Under the pieces are notes generated by a model. That model saw only the letters and a program-made list of their open reading frames with translations. It was not told the origin of the DNA and did no database searches. From positions 256,273 to 320,272 of the forward strand of contig JAHDYR010000007.1 of the NCBI GenBank assembly GCA_019828565.1: a DNA stretch of 64,000 nt, written 5' to 3'. Position 1 is the first letter of the stretch, and each line of letters opens with the position of its first letter. Both the position numbers and the translations under genes were made by a program. Positions 34,346 to 46,953 of the stretch are shown here, piece by piece. Origin of the DNA: Carpediemonas membranifera BICM. Its lineage: Eukaryota > Protista > Fornicata.

Positions 34346-36255
34346 ATGTTTTGGTAGTACTAGTACTGTGGTTCAATGGGTGTTGAACTTTTACAGAGGA
34401 GAAGACTCGACACGAGGGTGTCGAGGAGAAACTCCTTGACTATTAAATATAACGTAAATCTGTGTAACTTTGGGTAGGACCCACAACAAAGCTGTCTCCA
34501 TGGCATATTGGAAGTGGCTGCCAGCCTGCTTTAGGCCGAAGGGGAGCCGAGAATAGCGGAATCTACCAAGATGTGTGGTGAAGGTGGTGAAGTCGCGTGA
34601 GGAAGGGTCGACAGCGATCTGGTGATGGCCGGATGAGAGATCAATGGTGGCGAAGAAGCGCTTCCCAGCTAGATGATCGAGTGTTTCATCGATCCTAGGT
34701 AGAGGGAAGTCGAAGTCCACGGTCTCTGCGTTCAGGCGATGGTAGTCTACGCACATGCGTGTCTTGGCTGTGTCCTTCTTGCTGACTATGACAACGGGGG
34801 ATCCCCATGGGCTGGAGCAGCGTTCAATGATGCCTAGGGCAAGGAGCTTGGTGACGTGTGCTTCATTCTCCTGCTGCTTCCACGTAGGGGCCGGATATGG
34901 ACGTGAAGAGCATAACTTGTAGCCATCTTTGAGCTGTAGGGAAAATGGCTTCAGTTTTGACGGCTCAAGGGCTAGGTCGCCAAAAACATCGTTAAACTCC
35001 TCGATAATTGATGTGTATCGATCAGGTACCACACCAGCGCATGATATAGACCGGTCTAACGAATCAACTGAGGCTTCGATGTGTTCACGAGGTAAAGTCG
35101 GGTTAATAAGGAGATCGATGAGGCCGAGCCTGCACATTGCTGGGAAGCCAATAATGACATCGAATGGGGATTCCTCTGGGACATAACCATCGAACTTAGT
35201 GGACAGGGAGTAGTGGAATATCTCATTAGGTGGGAGTGTAAGGTCAACCGACGCAGACCCCAACGTCTCCACCCACTGGTTGTTGGCCAGTTGCAGACGA
35301 TGGCTGTGGAATGAGATCTTACTGACAACGTGGCGGGCCAGTAGGTTGTGTGACGATCCTGTGTCAAGGAGTACGGTCACCTTGGTATTTCCTATCACAC
35401 CGGCGCATGAAAGGACAGAGGAATTGAGAAGGGCAGAACAGCAACACGTCGCAGGATTTATACGATCCTTTGAAGTTTCGTCTGCGCGCTTCTTACGGCA
35501 ATCGGTGTGTGTGTGGCCGACCTTCTTGCAGTATGCACACAAGGGGAGGCCTTTTTTCTTTGCGAAGCACTCGTCCTCGGTATGGCCCTTCTTCTGGCAG
35601 TAGGTGCATTTGGGCTGAGGCTTCGGGTCGGACTGGGTGTTGGACCTCTTAGCAGGCAGGGACTCGGCTGGGCGGGCGGATCTCATTACAGGGGCTCTCT
35701 GGGTGAAGGGAAGGGCTATCTTCAAGGCACGCTCCACGGCATGTGCGTGTTGCACCGCGAGTGCAAAGGTGTCGTTAAGAGACTTGTCCTTTGTGATGCC
35801 AGCCAGTTGGTCGTGGAAGGCGTGGATGTGGGAGAAACCACGGATGAACGCTTCGCGAACTGTGTCGGTGCCGACATCGGCCTCAGGTATGATCTCCAAG
35901 AGTGTTCTGAACAGTTGGACGAAGCTGACGACGTTGGCGGGGCTGCGGCCCTTCGCCTTACGGCTGAAGGCATCTGCCTTCGAGAACTGGTCCTCGGGGG
36001 TTACATGGGAAAAGACGGCCTCGCGAGCGGCCTTGTCCTTGTTCTTCTTGCGGAGCTTGTTTCTTGACTTTTCATCGGCGTCATCAGGGAAGTCGGGATC
36101 GGGGACCGAGGAGAGTCGGAAAGGGTTGCCTGACATTTTGAGTTCGCGGAGGACGTTCTTAGAAAGTAACTTATGAAAGTGTACTTTCGAATGACGAAGG
36201 GAATAGTCCGCGAGCTCCATCATGAACGACAGGACTGCGGTAAGCGATAGGATGC

Positions 36256-36620
36256 TTAAAACAGGGCCACCAGCGCTAGGAGGAGCGTTTTTGCGACCTT
36301 TCCCGTCCGGGTAGTGAAGTCCGTTGTGTCATCTCTGGTGAAGATCATGGCAACGTCCCTTGTGGGAATAACCGCATCTGCTGTGGCTCTGATGCAGTCA
36401 CATTCGTCCGGTGTGGCCATTTGCTTGCCCAGTGGCGTTAACGACTCCTTGATCCCATTTGGGGTGGTGTTTGCGCAATCCAAGGCGTCTGGGACGCTTT
36501 GGGAGCTGTTCGAGGTCATTGTGTGGCGTGGTCTCGAAAAGTCCCGGTTATTGATTCGGCCGAGATCAAGGCCCTCCTTCATGGGGGGAGGTGATGGGGT
36601 GTGTTGCTCGCTAGCTGGTG
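36256..36620 (-). pseudogene. LINE ORF1 N-terminal fragment
   Basis: ATPDECDCIRATADAV...MIFTRDDTTDF...AKTLLLALV aligns with LINE-2 ATTEEWQKVRRAADSI...VIFSRDNAANF...ARSLLFELV. Confidence 0.65.
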
Positions 36621-37259
36621 CCGTCTGGCTCGTTCGGTGGGGATGTGCTACGTACTTGGAATAGTTCGCCTGGACTCTGGGGTAGAACACAAATTTGGGG
36701 GGCCCTGGGCGGAGAACCCTCCACCCTCCGCCCTTGCCAGAACCGTTCTACCAAAATCGACTCGCTCGTCTCCATGTTCCAACAGCGCGCTGAGATCATC
36801 GATGACGTCCTCACGGATGCCGTCAAAGTGAGCGCGCTGTAGAAGCTCCTCCCTCGACGGTTCCGCAACCGCGTTGCCAACCTAGAGCACAAAGAAGTTT
36901 TCGATGACTTTATTGACGGCGTCTACGATGGCATTGAAGAACTGCAAGACTTTGAAGCCGAGCAACGCGCCGAGGGCGCGGATCCCACTCCTTTTCTCGT
37001 TACAACACGCATCGCCCAAATGATCGCGTCAAAACCGAGACTCCCCTAAGCCAGACCAATCCGTCAAAAAATTAACTGATCACGGCCGCGCAGTCGCGCA
37101 AGACGTCCGACGCTCCGCCCGACTCTTACCCGGTGTCCCGGGCACAGGTGGTGGGCTCGATGAGGCGCGCATGGAGGGAGTGGGAGACCTTATGGGCCAG
37201 AAAAGAGGTCGTGAACACAGTGAGAGACAGGGTGAAGGTATCCCCGGCAACAACCACTG

Positions 37260-37520
37260 CCCCGAGAGCGGACGGGAGGGAGGGGCCAATCAGCGATATG
37301 CTGAAAGAACTAGTGAGCATACAAGCACTGAAGGTAGCAGAGGCGACCAACCTATCGCCGATATTCCTCATCCCGAAGAAGCTGTCGGACTGGAGGCTGA
37401 TACACGATCTCCGCCCGTCAACTTCTACCAGCAGATCCGCCAGTTCCGGCTGAAAGGACTGACGGAGGTGGTGGCGAGCCTGGCCCATGGCGCTTGGATG
37501 ACGTCGGTCGACCTCACGTA
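37260..37520 (+). pseudogene. DIRS/Ngaro-type RT fragment
   Basis: SPIFLIPKK..WRLIHDLRP, then (shifted frame) VNFY..FRLKGL..GAWMTSVDL. Confidence 0.65.
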
Positions 37521-37619
37521 CTGGAGGCCCTCGGCAGTCGTGCCCAGCTGTAAGGTAAGGTACCCAGCATCGGCGAGGGCCCCCACGCGGTCGAGTCAGC
37601 CACAAGACAATTCGGCGCA

Positions 37620-37945
37620 GCCTTCAGAAAGCGCCTGGCCTTGGTCACCGAGATTTCCGATTCGCCCGAGCTGTTCTCTGGTATCTCCAAGGAGGACAAG
37701 GCCATCAGATTCAAGGCCCAGATGGCACAGACCTTCCTCACGGGTCTTAAGCCGAAAAAGCTGAGGACCAACACCGCCTTAATGGCAAAGCTCTACAAGG
37801 CCGAAAGCTTCGACGACATCCACACTTTGGCCCTCAAGGCCGCAAAGCAATTAGACCGTATCGGCAAGCCCGTCGTTAAGCGCCTTAACAACAACATCCA
37901 ACAGAGCCGTACTGGCCACAACGGTCGCGATTTCCGCCGTTCTGC
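37620..37945 (+). pseudogene. Gag-like fragment
   Basis: MAQTFLTGLKPKKLR resembles element E gag (AARLFRESLNPTAFR); similarity is weak. Confidence 0.35.
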
Positions 37946-38550
37946 ATACTGTGAAAGTCGGTAGATAATCTAGGCCCTAAAAATCTTAGATTATCGATTT
38001 CTTCCGGACCGAAAATGAAGTATTCATTGAATTTAAACAATTTACGGGAAAATGAATACCTTCATTGCATACTAAAGCGCGTATGCAGAGAGCCTGTAAG
38101 AGGTCCAGTGCGGTCTAAGCGCTGATTTCGACTTCTTTGCGACGCAGGTTAAGGCAAAACGATGAAACGAGCAATATCTCAAAATTGACACGTTGGAATC
38201 GGTACGAGAGTGATTTTGCAGACTGCTGACGGGATTTACATATGCGCACCTGCTCCTTCAGAATAGTGCTCTCAAGAACCGTCTGGTTCTGACGCAATCG
38301 CACTCGACTCTCCTGATTCCCAATGAAATCACGTTCAAAGCACTCTTCGATGACTCGACCAAAGGAAGCCCGAGTCTTCGCTTGTATATCCGGCAGAGCG
38401 GCAACTGGCGAGGGGTAATTGCCTCCAATGAGTGCCCCTGTCAGGGTCTTATCCAGACTTACACAGGATATTAATAATATTTACGCCAGTCAAAGGTTTT
38501 CCAGACGACACCCATATGTCGACTTCTTTCCTTGTAAAACTTGCTAGCTC

Positions 38551-38973
38551 CTAAGACCACACCCCGCAAACCTTGGACATGGCTGGATGGTCAGCGATAA
38601 TAAAGACACGCGTTACTCGGCAGAGGAGACCCGTGTTCCTGACTTCCAGCACCTCGCGGTGTGTGCTCTCGATGGATTGTTCAATGAAGGCAAAGTGCTC
38701 AGTGATGAGACTTTCTGGGCCGTTGTATTCAAGAATCCGGAAAGGAGGAGTCGCACCAGACGGAAAGACTTTGTGGGAGTCGTCGAGGAAACGAATCTTA
38801 ACAGCGGTTGTCAGCCCTCTCCACGCATCGACCCACACCTCTAACACGAGTGGGATCGTCCCCGTCTCAGCGGAATGACTCTGTCGTCTTAATGTCCGAG
38901 CTGCACTCTTGTGCCCGGATCGTGACGTCTCCAGCGATACAGGGAATGCAACCGCATGGCGACAATACTCCAT
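38551..38973 (-). pseudogene. DDE transposase fragment (CMC/Transib-like)
   Basis: VWVDAW followed about 70 aa later by FIIADHPAMSKVCG (DxPA motif). Confidence 0.45.
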
Positions 38974-39077
38974 GATATCGAATGATGCATGATATATCGT
39001 GCGTTTAATCTAAAATAAGCTTAAATTAAGGCTTATTGGTTTGTTTGAGTAATTCAGAGAGGCGCTCAGGATTCATA

Positions 39078-39385
39078 ATGGTTTATCCGCCACAGATGCT
39101 GAGCTTGATAGCTTCTATGAGCTCCGAAGGCCAAGGTCCTTCTGAAATCACCAGAACCTGCCGCCGTGTGTTCGGCCAAGGCAGCGTTTCCAATGTGCGC
39201 AAGCGTTTGTCCTTCATGGACGGCGATGAGAAGAAGGAGGAGAGGAAGAAGCGCCCACAGGAGTTCCGTGCGGCAGAGGTGAGGGAGTTTTTGCAAAGAG
39301 CAGTCCCTCAGAGAGACTACATCCTTGAAGAGATTGTGGATCTCATCCAAATTCAATTTGGGAAGAAATACCATAAGATCCGGGT
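39078..39385 (+). pseudogene. IS630/Tc1-mariner-like transposase N-terminal HTH fragment
   Basis: GQGPSEITR...SVSNVRK and DYILEEIVDLIQIQFG fit a paired-HTH pattern. Confidence 0.45.
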
Positions 39386-40904
39386 CACCCAGCTGACTTA
39401 CAGCCAGTACACAAGGTCTACTCTGACACCAGATGCCGCATACTGTATATGCCGCCATACTCGCCTGTCCTAAACCCGTGCGAGCAAGTGTTTGCTTGGG
39501 TCCGCCGCAACATCGCCAAGCAAAGAATAACGCCCACAGTAACCGACCTCTACTCGGTGACTGTCCGCTCGGCAGACCGACAGTGAACTTCCAGTGCGGC
39601 TACTGGTGGCTGTAAATGGTTTATTGATCCAGGCTCTCGTTGTTGAAGCGTGTCACCATCTCGAAGAAGGCTGTCATGCGTGTCTTCTTGACCATGACAG
39701 AGACATTGACGATCTCTGGGTCATTCTCCTGTCGCTGACGTCTGAAGATCTCCATGGGCATCTCCTCTACCGTGGCCCTGTCATCGGCGACCATACTGGC
39801 CCAGGCCATCAACTCCCAGTGCTCAAGCTCTCTTGCCCTCTCTCCTGAGGCTGAGATGATGCTTGCGAAAAGCTGCGTGTAGTCGGGCATCTCTATAGGT
39901 GAGGGCGTGTCCACGATCTCCTGAGACATGGGCGCAGGGGTAGATGGCAAGCGTGCCTGGGCGGCCGATAGCTCGTCTTGAACGTCTCTGAGAATGAGAT
40001 CTAGCTTAGCGACATCGTAGTTCGCGTGCTGTGCTGTTCTGTGGGTGTAGAGATCAAGAGCACGCTAGACGAATGCACGAACGTAGCTGAGCTCGGAAAT
40101 CTCAAGTTTTGCTGTGTTAAGGGTCTTAGATGAAGGCAGATACCGAGCATTCTTGCCATTAGCGAAGGAACACTTTCGTGCGTTGTGCTCACGGCTGTAG
40201 CAAACACTGCACTTCTTACCAGTCCATGAACATTCCTCAGAAACCTTCTTGAGCTGCTCTCGTAGCTCATTCGGCCATCCACTAAGAGTAACCAGATCCT
40301 TGAACGCTTTCTTCATCGCAGACAAAAGCAAAATTTTGTCTTTATGGACCCCGCTACATAAATCTTAATAAAGGGTAATAAGCACCATAATGTCTATTTT
40401 AGATTGGACGCACGATACATGGGTATATCTTGCACTCGTCTGCATCCGAGGGGTGAGGCCTTGCTCTTTCATGATGCTATAGTGAGTCTCACGGTCCTGC
40501 TCTGAGTCATAGAAGACGACGATCTTTCCTGCAACGTGCTCTGCATGGGCCTAGTCGCCCTGAATAGATGATCGTACAACATCAAGAGGAGCTTCGGCAT
40601 GGGTGATGAGGTCGAGCTCATATTCCTGATTGGCCTGATCAGACCTTCTCGCCGTTACCCTGTGCTGAATGTTGGCGGGAACGTGACTGCGGATAAATCT
40701 CCTCCAAGCGGTGTCAGATTGGAGAAGTGATTCTATCTCCTCCATATTCTGGATATTACACACGAGAGACTTGATCTTCGAGGTAACAGGAGATATCCGC
40801 ACAATATCAAGGTTAAGCCTACCTGCAAGAGAGTTCATTATGCGGATCTCGTCGTTAACGGCATTGTATCCGTTTTTGATGGACTTGAGCTGGTTCGTTA
40901 GTTG

Positions 40905-41299
40905 AATCAGGCGCTCCGTGTCGGCCAGGACATGTCGCTAGAAGTCTCGCTCTCCATTTGGCTGTCACTGTCACTGTCGCCTGTGCCCTGTTCCTGTTGG
41001 CCCATCTGGCTCTGCATGCTCGCCATCATGTTCATGAACTGGGCCATGGCGTCCATCATCGGGTTGGGTGGCTATCCTTTGCTTCTTGGCCTTGGCCTTC
41101 TTCTTCCGCTTCGGCACCATGGTGATCGTCTTCTCCCCTCCGGGCCCTGAGGCCACTGTCGGGGCCTCACTGCTGGTTGCCGGTCCCTGCTTCTGTGCGG
41201 CTATCTGAGCTGCCTTGAGATTGGAGATGGTCTGCTGAGCCTCAGCTAACTGCTTCTGAAGGCGGAGTCTGTCCGATTCCCAGTCAGACGCCTGTTTGC
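40905..41299 (-). pseudogene. LINE-4 ORF1 C-terminal part (continues from 63108-62964); target of element F
   Basis: Joining the two flanks of F gives GSR|QASDWESDRLRLQKQLAEAQQTI, matching LINE-1 GSRQSSDSDAERDELRKELDEAKKLI. Confidence 0.75.
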
Positions 41300-42279
41300 T
41301 GTGCGATTCTTCTAGAGACGGATGGGTTTATACAAGGAAGGGACGACACCCAATGTGTCGACCCGCGGCGTATCGAATCGCCAATCAAATTAATAAATTG
41401 AGTGGCGAACCGTCACACTACCTCCCCAGAGGCAAGGCCACGAAGCCTCACAAAGCAAACAGGGCTCAGCAATGCCGCTAGCGGCAAGCGCACAGTCGAT
41501 CCTGCAGCAGGATCTAGCGGCAGAGGTCGGGGCTCCTCCCTTCTGAGCAATGGCGAGGAGAAAATGATGTTGCCCAAGCGATCGTTTATTTGTTAGAGCA
41601 GGACGCTGACCCAATGTCCTGCTTGATGGTGAGATTATAGCTGCCAGCCATTGCGGCGGCAGGCGGCTTCAATCGTGCGGCGCCAGGCGGGGTGGCTCTC
41701 AAGGAATGCGTCCAGGGGGGCGAGTTGGGCGGTCGAGGCGTCGAGACGGACCTCGGAGTCCTCTTCAGACTCGTAACCAGCCCAGTGGACAGTCAGCATG
41801 ATGGTCTTGCTACCCGGGCTACGTCTGCGTGCGGAGACGATCGATTCGACTTCATACTCACCTTCCTGCTCGGCGATTATAGCCTTAAGGGTGTCGAGGT
41901 CTTGAGTGCCGGCCCAGGCTTTGAGGCGTCGGTCGGAGACCTCCATGTTCTTTCCAGTCGTGAGGTGTTCGATGATGGAAGAAGAGGAGTGGCTCCCGCG
42001 GCCAATGAACCTGAATGGTCCGCGCCAGTTAGCTTCGATCTTGGCAGACTTGGGGCGGAGGAGCATCGCTAGGGAGCCGGGCTCGTGTGCAGGGGGGTGA
42101 GGAGGCGCGGAAGCTGCCTTGCTGGCGGTATAGCGTGCAAGAGCGTCGCGTGCGGCCTTGAGGACTGAGGGATCAGCCATTCCTTCTGTGAACGGGAAGA
42201 GGATGTCCAGCGGAGAAGCCTTGGTTGAGGAAACATGCTTAGTGTTGAGTAGATACACGGACACGCAGCGCCCTTGGCT

Positions 42280-45200
42280 CCCTTGGTTGGCTTCGGCCGA
42301 GATGTTCCACGACTTCGTGGACGCCGTTCGAGCCTATTGGGCTGCTGATGCTGCTAACGATAAGCACGTCAGAGAGCTCATAGCGCCTAACGTTTCTAGC
42401 GTCATTCGCCTACGTATTCCAACCTTCGACGACCTCGAAGACGAAGAGCTGATAACACGTATCGATCAGGTATTCTTCACGCCCCGTTCTCAGCTTGCCG
42501 CTCTTAGGGCTCTTCATGCGATCCAATTCCCCCCCTATAGCGGCTCTTTGCCAACTATGCCCGAACTGCTTCAGTACGTCCAGCAGTTTAACCAGTTGGT
42601 GAATTCGCTCGATCCTGAGACTATGCCACCCGTCAAGATCGTCCGAAAGGCTTTTATGGTCTCGCTCCCCGCCACGTTGCGGGAGATGGTCGAAATGACC
42701 GAGCCCGACGACTTCGCAGCGGCGGCTGCCTCAGCCATGACCGAACTCGACGACCTCCTCGACCGCGCGAGCATTGTCCCTGACCGCGCGCCCCCTCAGG
42801 CAAGGCAGGCGCCCGTGCGAGTGGCGCCCCAGCGGCAGGCCCTCCGACAGGCCCCCCGCGAGCGGCCTGTCAAGCGGGACCCCGCCCAGATCCACTGCTT
42901 TGGCTGTGGCGAGCTTGGGCACCGTAGAGAGGACTGCCCTAATCGCCAGAGGCAGGGCTTTTATTCGACTGGCATCCATCCCGCTGCCCGCCACCAGCCG
43001 CAGGCACGGCCTCAGGCGAAGTTTATGGCCTATCAGGTCATGACTACTGATGATGCACCCACTATCAACATCTCGGTAGGCCCGGCCTCTGACGAGACTC
43101 AGCAGGTCGAGGTGGTCGCTCTTCTCGATACCGGCTCCACCGTGGACTTGATCAACGAAGGAGTGCTCGACCTCCTCCCTGGCCTTCCCATGGCGCGTAC
43201 AGCCCTCGAGGTGGACACCGCCAGCGGTCCTACTGTCCTGGAACGCTGTGTTTTCCTCAAGGTCTATCTGAACGGCTTGAAGACGACAATGCCGTTCTAC
43301 GTCACCGATGCCGCCAATAGTGTTGTTTTCAGTTACAACAGCATGAAGGAGCTTGACTTAGTGCACCATCTCGCCAATACGACCAAACTTGGCAACATCG
43401 ATGCCGAGGAGGACATTTCCACAACGAGAATGGATGAGTGGGGAGATGACGAGGATCTTTTCATTGTAGAAAGCACCGAAACCGAGCCGGTGCCTTCTTC
43501 TCCTCCCCCTCGCGCGAATTCCGCCAAAACGTCTTTCTTCCCTCAACAGATCGAGCAGGTTAAAGACAAGTATTGTTCGCTATTTTCGACCGATATGCAC
43601 CCAGACGGTGCTGATATGACCCCCATGACGATCGAACTCGTCGAAAACGCCTCTCCAGTTGCTGTCCCCCCGCGCCGGCAGAGCCCCGCTGTCAGACAGC
43701 AGATCGATGCTGAGGTTGCTGCCCTCCTCGAGAATGGTATCATCGAGCCCTCTACCTCAGCCTGGAGTGCCCCTGCCTTTACCGTCCCGAAGAAGGGTGG
43801 ACTTAGAAGGATGGTGATCGATTACCGCCTCCTGAATGAGACCGTCAAGGATCACGTCCACCCCCTTCCCAACCCAGATGAGATTTTGGCCAGGCTGTCT
43901 GGAAAGATATGCTTCGCTACCCTTGACCTCATCTCGGGCTACCATCAGATCCCTTTGGACCCCGAGTCGCGTCCTCTCACAGCCTTCTCCACGGCCGAGG
44001 GCCTCTTCCAGTTTACCAGAGTTCCCTTTGGTATCAAGACGGCCCCCGCCTTCTTCCAGGCGACCATGAGGCAGGTCCTACACGGACTGATAGGGACGAA
44101 ATGTGAGGTTTTCATCGACGATATCGTGGTATACGGCACCTCCCCCGAGGAGTTGGCCCACAACCTCGATGCGGTCTTGGCGCGACTCGCCGATCACCGC
44201 TTTACCCTCCACCCCATAAAGTGCAAGCTCTATGCCGAAGAGATTGACTACCTTGGCCACATAGCCTCGGGTAAGGGAGTGCGTATGTCCGACGATAGGA
44301 CTAAAGCCATCCTAGATATGGCCCCGCCCAAGGATATCTCTACGACAAGAGCATTCCTGGGCGCTGTCAACTATTTCCGGAGATTTGTCCCGGGCCTGGG
44401 CTCGACAGTTGCCCCTCTCTATGGCCTGACCTCCGGTAAGACTCCGTGGAAGTGGACAGTCGAGCATGAAGACGCCTTCCAGGCTACGAAACGCCTCATC
44501 GCGTCCGCAGGTACACTGTCACACTTGGACTACCGATACCCGATAATTGTCCGGACCGATGCTTCAGACATTGGTTGTGGTGGTATGATTCTGAACCTCA
44601 TCGACGGAAAGGAGCACATAGTCGAGTATTGCTCCCACACATTCACCAACGCCGAGAAGCGCTGGGCCACCATCGAGAAAGAGGCGTTTGGAGTGTTCTT
44701 TGCAGTCGTTGGCAAGTTCTCTCATCACTTGCTGGGTCATCCGTTTACGATACAGACGGATCACCGCAACCTGGTGTACATGAGGAAGAGTCTCACCCCT
44801 AAGGTCATGCGATGGGCCCTACGGATGCAAGAGTACTCTTACACCATTGAACACATCCCGGGTAAGGAAAACGTCGTCACCGACGCCCTTTCCCGTTGCC
44901 TCTTTGCACGTCCAAATGTCAAGGCAATTGCCCAGCTCTGCTTTGACCAAGTGCACAATGCTCAGGCCGGCCATATGGGCCGAGACGAAACCCTTCGCCG
45001 ACTTAAGCAGCTCGACTACGTCTGGCCTTCGATGGCCAAGGACGTCGATGACTTTCCCTGAGGACCATCGCGGCAACCGTTACGTGTTGACTTTTGTCGA
45101 CATGTTCTCACGGTTTGTCGAGTTTATTCCCACTCGGAGAGCGACTAGCGATGAAGCACTCGCCGCGATGCTGCAAGTTTTTGGACGGTACGGTGTCCCT

Positions 45201-46195
45201 AAGGCCTTGCGTACTGACCAGGGTGCCCAGTTTGTTTCGACTGCCGTCCAGGAGCTGTCCGAGGTTATGGGTATCAAGCGAATCTTGACCCTACCCTATC
45301 ACCATAGGGCTAATGGACTCGTCGAGAGAGCCAACCGCGAACTGAACAGACACATCCGTGCGATTACGGCCGAAAAGCGCCTCACGGACTCTTGGTCTGT
45401 CTATCTTCCGATGGTGCAGCGAATCTGCAACGCTACTCCGAACTCAACGATTGGCGTCGAGCCAGCTAAGATCATGCTTGGTGACATTGATCTGGGCATG
45501 AACCTTCTCGGTAGAAAGGAGGGAAGGGATGTAGATTCGACTTCTCCGTCCCCCACGCACGAGTCTGTCCAGAGCATGATCGCCGCACAGCAGCTAGTGA
45601 TCGAGGCTGCCCGTACGACCCAGCACGAGACACTCGAGTCCCGTGGCGATGCTGAGGAGACCACTGACCCTCTACCCGTTGGGTCTCAGGTGTTGGTCAC
45701 TCACCCCGACGATAGACGCCCCGACCGTCTCGCCCCGCTATACTTGGGCCCTTACGAGGTGACGGAGATCCAAGGCGACATCTACAAGGTGGTTAGTCCC
45801 GAGTCTGGACGCGCGATGCAGTACCACGCGACACGGATCATACCCTATACGGGAGCGACGATTGATCCTATCCAGTTAGTCGCCCTGGATTACGACTCCT
45901 ACCTCGTGGAGCGGATCGTCGACCACAAGCCCGGTCGTAAGAAGACTAAGTGGCAGTTCAAGATCCGTTGGGACGGTTATGACCCTGAGGATGACTCCTG
46001 GATCCCTTACGTCGATGCTAAGGATCTGCAGGTCCTGGATGAGTATCTCGAGGCTCATCAGGAGATTCACCTTCAGGAGGGAAGTGTAGCACGTGAGTCT
46101 GCGAAGCCCACTGCGAACCCCGGCCTGCGGGGCCGGGTGCGAACCCAATAAATACAACGACACGACAACATGAATCACAACGATTTACGACTACA
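42280..46195 (+). mobile_element. Ty3/Gypsy element H (5'-truncated)
   Basis: gag with one CCHC, LLDTGS, FIDD, TDASD. Deletion near 45055 removes part of the integrase N-terminus. GPY and chromodomain present. PPT at 46075-46084, LTR at 46085-46195 (TGTAG...CTACA). Confidence 0.9.
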
Positions 46196-46953
46196 AGACC
46201 GGCACAGAGGTTGCTGTGATCAGTGTGGACGTGCAGGTCATCCTTGATCAGGAAGAGTGGCTCGAAGACCTTGTTGGTCAGAACCGAGATCACGGCATGT
46301 AGCTCTTGTTCATACGTCGACCAATTTGCCATGGTCTTGTCATACGTCTTCTGGAAGCATGCCAGGATCGAGACGGAACCGTCCTCCTCTTCCTGCACTA
46401 GGACTCCGCCCTCGCCAAGCGAGGACGCGTCAGTGTAAATGTGCCACGGTCTGGAGAGGTCTGGGTATGAGAGACATATGTGAAGCGCGAGCTGGGCCTT
46501 GACGTCTTCGAAGGCCTCGAGCTGTAGGTCGCCAAAGCTGAATTCTTGTGGGCCCAAACAATTTAGAGAGTGAAATTTAGAAGCAGGTTTGAGATCATTG
46601 ACCAAATAAGACTGATCATTAAATGAGGTCGTCATGACACTTCCCCCCATGATCCCAAACCGTCCACAAGCTCAAACGTGCCTCCCAACCGTCAGCAAAA
46701 ATTCTAACGGTTCAAGTCCGGCGAAATGCAAAACCCGCCAGACCGACTCCAGTGAAGTCAAAAACGCAATTGAGCACAATAGTCTGAAGAACGCTGTTCT
46801 AAACGAACAAATAGCGCACAGAATGGTGTAGAACATAAGAAATAACCAATATCAGTAACTAGTAACTATTCCAACGTTCTGCTCTTCCCCCCCTAGGCTG
46901 CGGTCACCAACTGGGCAAAACCCCAAAATGGCTTTTTGATGAGCCGTTGGTTA

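Larger units (their letters stand above)
28547..34488 (-). mobile_element. Full-length Ty3/Gypsy element C (5942 bp)
   Basis: Identical 122-bp LTRs at 28547-28668 and 34367-34488. 4-bp TSD AAGC (28543-28546, 34489-34492). PPT at 28669-28678. Confidence 0.97.
26564..36255 (-). mobile_element. Ty3/Gypsy element D (both LTRs missing), split by element C
   Basis: gag with two CCHC, LLDTGS and RT N-half at 36223-34489. Rejoins in frame across the TSD as QYAMETA|LDNLLYSKCLVYQDD. RH/IN/chromo pieces at 28546-26564. Confidence 0.9.

Noticed and set aside
28547-34488. Recurring ~100-bp direct repeats as a CRISPR-like array
   Set aside because: They are LTR pairs with TG...CA ends, PPTs and TSDs.
46018-46650. 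210-aa ORF as a standalone gene (also 61020-61658, and the C-terminus of 34391-36223)
   Set aside because: These are chimeric frames running across LTR or TSD junctions.
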